Positions 60,159 to 64,000 of a stretch of DNA of 64,000 bases are shown here, piece after piece. How positions within the stretch are numbered: position 1 is the stretch's first letter; the number at the start of each line of letters is the position of its first letter. The notes beneath the pieces were generated by a model, which saw only the letters and a list, made by a program, of their open reading frames with translations, was not told where the DNA came from and made no database searches. The translations under genes were made by a program, and so were the position numbers. The DNA comes from an uncultured Candidatus Saccharibacteria bacterium. GTDB taxonomy: Bacteria > Patescibacteriota > Minisyncoccia > Phycocordibacterales > UBA9973. The stretch is from contig CAYREQ010000001.1 of NCBI GenBank assembly GCA_964423445.1, forward strand, positions 65,732 to 129,731, read 5' to 3'.

Positions 60159-61493
60159 ATGAAAAAAGATAAAAAAATTACTCAACTTAAATCTATAGAT
60201 TTTGAAGTTAAGGGTGGTAAAAAACTACACGGCACTATAAATACAAACTTTTCAAAAAACGGTTCTGTGGGTCTTTTGTGTGCATCACTATTAAATAGTG
60301 GCACGACTACTCTACATGGCATTGCTCGAATTGAAGAAGTGTATAGAGTAATTGAAATTTTAGAGAGTATTGGTGTAAAGATAAAATGGTTAGACCAAAA
60401 TACACTTTCAGTAAAACCACCACACAGATTTGATTTAAAGAATATAAATGTAGAATCAGCTATAAAGACTCGTTCTATTGTGATGCTTATAGGCCCTTTG
60501 ATTCATAAAATCAAAGCTTTTAAAATTCCTCATGCCCAAGGATGTAATTTAGGAAAGAGGACAATTGCTGCTCATATTTATGCTCTTGAAAAACTGGGTG
60601 TAAAAATAAAGACTACAGCAAATAGCTATGAAGTTTCTTTAAAAAAATTAAAACCAAGTGAGATTGTCATGTACGAATCTGGAGATACTGCTTGTGAAAA
60701 TATTCTCTCTGCATGTGCGCTCATAAATGGTAAGACAGTTATTAGCTTTGCTAGCGCAAACTACATGGTGCAAGAAGTTTGCTTTTTCTTGGAAGAACTT
60801 GGAGTAAAGATAGACGGAATAGGTACTTCTACACTCACGGTACACGGAGTAAGTGAAATAAATAAAGATATTCACTATTGGAATAGCGAAGACCCTATAG
60901 AATCTATGATGTTTATTTCTGCCGGAATCATCACGGACTCACAGTTGAAAATAATGCGTTCTCCTATTGATTTTCTAGCACTTGAAATGGAGAAATTGAA
61001 GAGGATGAATTTGAAGTATAAAATTTCAAAAACCTATCTATCTTATAACGGAAGAACAAAATTAGCTGACATCGAAATATTTCCGAGTAAATTAATTGCT
61101 TTAAATGATAAATTACATTCAAATCCCTACCCAGGTATAAACATAGACAATCTCCCATTCTTTGTACCTATAGCGATACGAGCAAAAGGTACTAGCATGA
61201 TACATGATTGGGTCTATGAGAATAGAGCCATATACATGACTGAATTAAACCGCCTAGGAGCGAATATAACCCTAGCAGACCCACACAGGCTCTATATAAC
61301 AGGTGGAACAACATTAAAACCCGCACAAGTAGTATGCCCTCCAGCACTTCGTCCATCTATGGTAATACTCATTTCTATGATGGCAGCAAATGGTACATCA
61401 ATTCTTCGAAATGTATATATGATAAATAGAGGCTATGAAGACATAGTCCGACGCTTAAACTCTATAGGAGCAGAGATAAAAATATTGAAGTAA
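60159..61493 (+). CDS. murA: UDP-N-acetylglucosamine 1-carboxyvinyltransferase
   Basis: 444 aa EPSP-synthase-fold enzyme (KLHGTINTNFSKNGSVGLLCASLL). Starts 3 nt after tRNA-Leu. Confidence 0.9.
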   Translation: MKKDKKITQLKSIDFEVKGGKKLHGTINTNFSKNGSVGLLCASLLNSGTTTLHGIARIEEVYRVIEILESIGVKIKWLDQNTLSVKPPHRFDLKNINVESAIKTRSIVMLIGPLIHKIKAFKIPHAQGCNLGKRTIAAHIYALEKLGVKIKTTANSYEVSLKKLKPSEIVMYESGDTACENILSACALINGKTVISFASANYMVQEVCFFLEELGVKIDGIGTSTLTVHGVSEINKDIHYWNSEDPIESMMFISAGIITDSQLKIMRSPIDFLALEMEKLKRMNLKYKISKTYLSYNGRTKLADIEIFPSKLIALNDKLHSNPYPGINIDNLPFFVPIAIRAKGTSMIHDWVYENRAIYMTELNRLGANITLADPHRLYITGGTTLKPAQVVCPPALRPSMVILISMMAANGTSILRNVYMINRGYEDIVRRLNSIGAEIKILK

Positions 61494-61730
61494 TTATTTA
61501 TTATTTCTTTTTTCAAATTCTTTTTTCTCCATTTCAAAATAAGGCTCGTTTATTTTCGCCAATTGCTCTTCTGTAAGTGGTGGTAAATCTTTTGGTGTTT
61601 CTGGTGTTGCTTTTGGATTTAATTTTTCTTCATTTTTTCTTTTCTCCATTTCAAAATAAGGCTTATTGATTTTCGCTAGCTGTTCTTCTGTAAGTGGTTT
61701 TATTTCATTGTTGTTTCCTTCCATACTCAT
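61494..61730 (-). CDS. small protein with two 39-aa tandem repeats (PLTEEQLAKIN.PYFEMEK)
   Basis: 78 aa. DNA-level direct repeat of about 65 nt (61526-61590 vs 61643-61708). Confidence 0.45.
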   Translation of the reverse strand: MSMEGNNNEIKPLTEEQLAKINKPYFEMEKRKNEEKLNPKATPETPKDLPPLTEEQLAKINEPYFEMEKKEFEKRNNK

Positions 61731-61796
61731 AAATTTATGTTAGACTAATTAAGTTTTAATAGGCAAATTATAACAAGCCGACAAATTTAAGCAAAT

Positions 61797-62660
61797 ATGA
61801 AAATAAAACCAAAAGTTATAGTTATATTAGGTGAGACTGCTACAGGCAAGAGCTCTCTATCAGTAAAATTGGCCAAAAAGATAGGAGGTGAGGTTATTTC
61901 TGCTGACTCAAGGCAAGTATATAAAGATCTAGATATTGGTACTGGTAAAATTACACAAAAAGAGATGAGGGGCGTACCGCATTATTTATTAGACGTAGCT
62001 AATCCTAAAAAGAAATTTACTGTAACTGAATATCAAAAAAAAGCTGTTTACGCTATAGCTGATATATGTAAACGGGGCAAAGTACCGATAATCTGTGGAG
62101 GAACAGGTTTTTATATTGATGCTATTACTAAAGGTGTGGTTTTCCCTGAGGTACCACCAAATTTGAAATTGAGAAAAATTTTAGAGAAAAAAGATAATAT
62201 TGATCTACTTAAGATTTTAAAAAAGATTGACCCTAGACGAGTAAAAAATATTGATATAAAAAATAAAGTGAGATTGGTGAGAGCCATAGAGATAGCTAAA
62301 GCTCTGGGAAAAGTGCCAGAGATTAAAGAGAAAAAGCCACAATATGAATTTATAAAAATCGGACTATCTCTACCTATAGATATACTAGAAAAAAAAGTTA
62401 CCAAAAGAGTAAAACAAATGTTTGAAGATGGCCTTTTAAAAGAAATACAAAAATTAAAGAAAAAAGGAGTAAGTGAAAAGAGGTTGAAAGAATTGGGCTT
62501 TGAATATTACAAGCCGACACAAGAAACAGTGGTGCGTGAGACTATAAAATACGCAAAGAGACAAATGACTTGGTTTAAAAGAGACAAAGAAATAAAATGG
62601 TTCTCTCCTGTTGAGGGTACAAAGATAAATGAGTATATAAAAAATAAACTTGATTTTTAG
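61797..62660 (+). CDS. miaA: tRNA dimethylallyltransferase
   Basis: 287 aa. P-loop GETATGKS and SADSRQVYKDLDIGTGK motif. Confidence 0.9.
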   Translation: MKIKPKVIVILGETATGKSSLSVKLAKKIGGEVISADSRQVYKDLDIGTGKITQKEMRGVPHYLLDVANPKKKFTVTEYQKKAVYAIADICKRGKVPIICGGTGFYIDAITKGVVFPEVPPNLKLRKILEKKDNIDLLKILKKIDPRRVKNIDIKNKVRLVRAIEIAKALGKVPEIKEKKPQYEFIKIGLSLPIDILEKKVTKRVKQMFEDGLLKEIQKLKKKGVSEKRLKELGFEYYKPTQETVVRETIKYAKRQMTWFKRDKEIKWFSPVEGTKINEYIKNKLDF

Positions 62661-62732
62661 TGTATAAATGGTATAAACAAGCTTGAATACTCATCATTTT
62701 GGTGAGTAAATTTGTTATTTTGAGGAAAAAAT

Positions 62733-63200
62733 ATGGAAAATTTTAAAGTTTGCGCTCAGCACGGAAGTGCAGGGCTTAGTGCTTTGTTCCCTGATTTTAA
62801 AGGGGTGATTAAAGTAGACCCTTCGGTGTCTGCTTTTCTGCAGTTGAATGAAACCTCGACGTACGAAGTAAAGTCTGACTTCTACGTGAATTTTGAGGTT
62901 TTTCCAAAAGGAGGAAAGTTCTTTGAACTTTTAGCTCCATGGCCGACGCTTCCAAGGCGTGAAAAGTTTCTCGCGATGCTTACCTATCTCGGCACCCCAG
63001 AAGGATTCAAAGCTTTGTCTCTTCAGGAAGAACAAGACGAAGCAAACGTCCTTCTCGGCTACTTCAAAAGTGGCGCCGAGGATATTGTGTTCCATGTGGA
63101 GCACGAGCATGAAGCTGGAAAGGGTCCGGAGATTCATCTCCATGGCTCAAAAGCAAATCGTGAAGAAGATAGCATCGTCACTGTCTTTCATATAAATTAA
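62733..63200 (+). CDS. hypothetical His-rich protein (compositionally atypical, higher GC)
   Basis: 155 aa. GAGGA SD 7 nt upstream. HVEHEHEAGKGPEIHLH segment. No family recognised. Confidence 0.55.
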   Translation: MENFKVCAQHGSAGLSALFPDFKGVIKVDPSVSAFLQLNETSTYEVKSDFYVNFEVFPKGGKFFELLAPWPTLPRREKFLAMLTYLGTPEGFKALSLQEEQDEANVLLGYFKSGAEDIVFHVEHEHEAGKGPEIHLHGSKANREEDSIVTVFHIN

Positions 63201-63243
63201 TTTTTTACCCGCCAGCACCGGTTTTAAAAATAGTATCAAAATA

Positions 63244-63276
63244 CCCCAACACAATTTTACTGTGCTGGGGTAAAAT
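63244..63276. terminator. imperfect hairpin between convergent genes
   Basis: CCCCAACACA-attttac-TGTGCTGGGG (one mismatch) followed by a T-rich stretch. Confidence 0.3.
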
Positions 63277-63281
63277 TGTTT

Positions 63282-63878
63282 TTAGTGCTCATTTTTACTC
63301 CTTTTAGATAGGTGATAAATACCCGGCAATAAAGATACTAGAACAATTATGATAACTACATATAAAAGATAATCTTGAATTTGTGGGAAAGATTGACCCA
63401 AGAAATATCCACCAAATACAAATACAGAAGACCATATAATAGAACCCAGAAAACTATATTTTAGAAAATCTAAATAATTCATCCTCACCATTCCAGCTAC
63501 TATTGGTAAAAAAGTACGTACAATAGGAACAAATCTAGAAAGTATCATTGCAGAGAGTCCATGTTTTTCTAAAAATTTATGAGCTTCGTCTGTGTATTTC
63601 TTTTTAAAAATTTTTCTAAATAGTGAATAGTTGTATAAAAAATCTAACTTAGTTCCGATATAATACCCTACTATTCCCCCCAGAAAAGCAGCTACAAAAA
63701 CCAAGAATGCGAGCAGAATGACACTTAAGCCTAGTTGGTGTGCTAGTAGTCCAGCTGTGAAAAGTAGACTATCTCCTGGAAGTGGGAAAAATACTCCAGA
63801 CTCAAGAAATACAATTATGAGTATGCCTATATAGCCATAATTTGTGATGAGATAAGTCAGGTCAAAAAGATTATGCAT
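63282..63878 (-). CDS. dedA: DedA-family membrane protein
   Basis: 198 aa. DedA/SNARE-associated motif pattern (GxxxLxFxxGxxxH...FxPxVRTF). Confidence 0.8.
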   Translation of the reverse strand: MHNLFDLTYLITNYGYIGILIIVFLESGVFFPLPGDSLLFTAGLLAHQLGLSVILLAFLVFVAAFLGGIVGYYIGTKLDFLYNYSLFRKIFKKKYTDEAHKFLEKHGLSAMILSRFVPIVRTFLPIVAGMVRMNYLDFLKYSFLGSIIWSSVFVFGGYFLGQSFPQIQDYLLYVVIIIVLVSLLPGIYHLSKRSKNEH

Positions 63879-64000
63879 AATATGATTTTAACACATAAAT
63901 ATATTAATTTTTTCCATAAGGAAATTCTTGAGATAATTCTCCTGAATAGTAGAATTGCTCACCGAGCTCTCCAAAACTGTATTCCTCACCATTTATAGTG

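Overview
This is a low-GC (about 30-35%), densely coding bacterial chromosomal window. Nearly every gene is a recognisable housekeeping gene, and most genes lack Shine-Dalgarno motifs.

Gene content in order:
- greA and lysS at the left end.
- A partial dcw cluster: mraZ-rsmH-ftsL-ftsI-ftsW-murG.
- gltX, an M23 peptidase, rpmA and rplI, a C-terminal processing protease (ctpA), a CAP-domain protein, and a 913-aa surface protein with a peptidoglycan-binding C-terminus.
- mrdA and a very large purine nucleotide supercluster (about 21.4-41.9 kb): purB-purC-purM-purE-purK-purH-guaA on the minus strand, guaB-purA on the plus strand, then purL-purQ-purF-purN-purD on the minus strand.
- Further right: a Nudix hydrolase, a YvcK-like protein, ogt, mgtC, mazG, yceI, tRNA-Gln, dnaX, dus, ftsQ-like, serS, dprA-topA, a short RelA/SpoT homolog, parB, tRNA-Leu, murA, miaA and dedA.

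Most noteworthy observations:
1. Two paralogous proteins of unknown function are embedded in the pur operon on either side of purL. purL itself carries an N-terminal extension that may be a fused PurS.
2. Two hairpin-dense non-coding stretches are candidate structured RNAs (lysS-mraZ spacer; next to tRNA-Gln).
3. MraZ-type direct repeats lie upstream of mraZ.
4. Three compositionally anomalous genes (higher GC, with Shine-Dalgarno motifs) are each bounded by terminators and look horizontally acquired.
5. A small leader-like ORF plus terminator hairpin sits upstream of guaA.

No CRISPR array, rRNA, or obvious transposon was seen.
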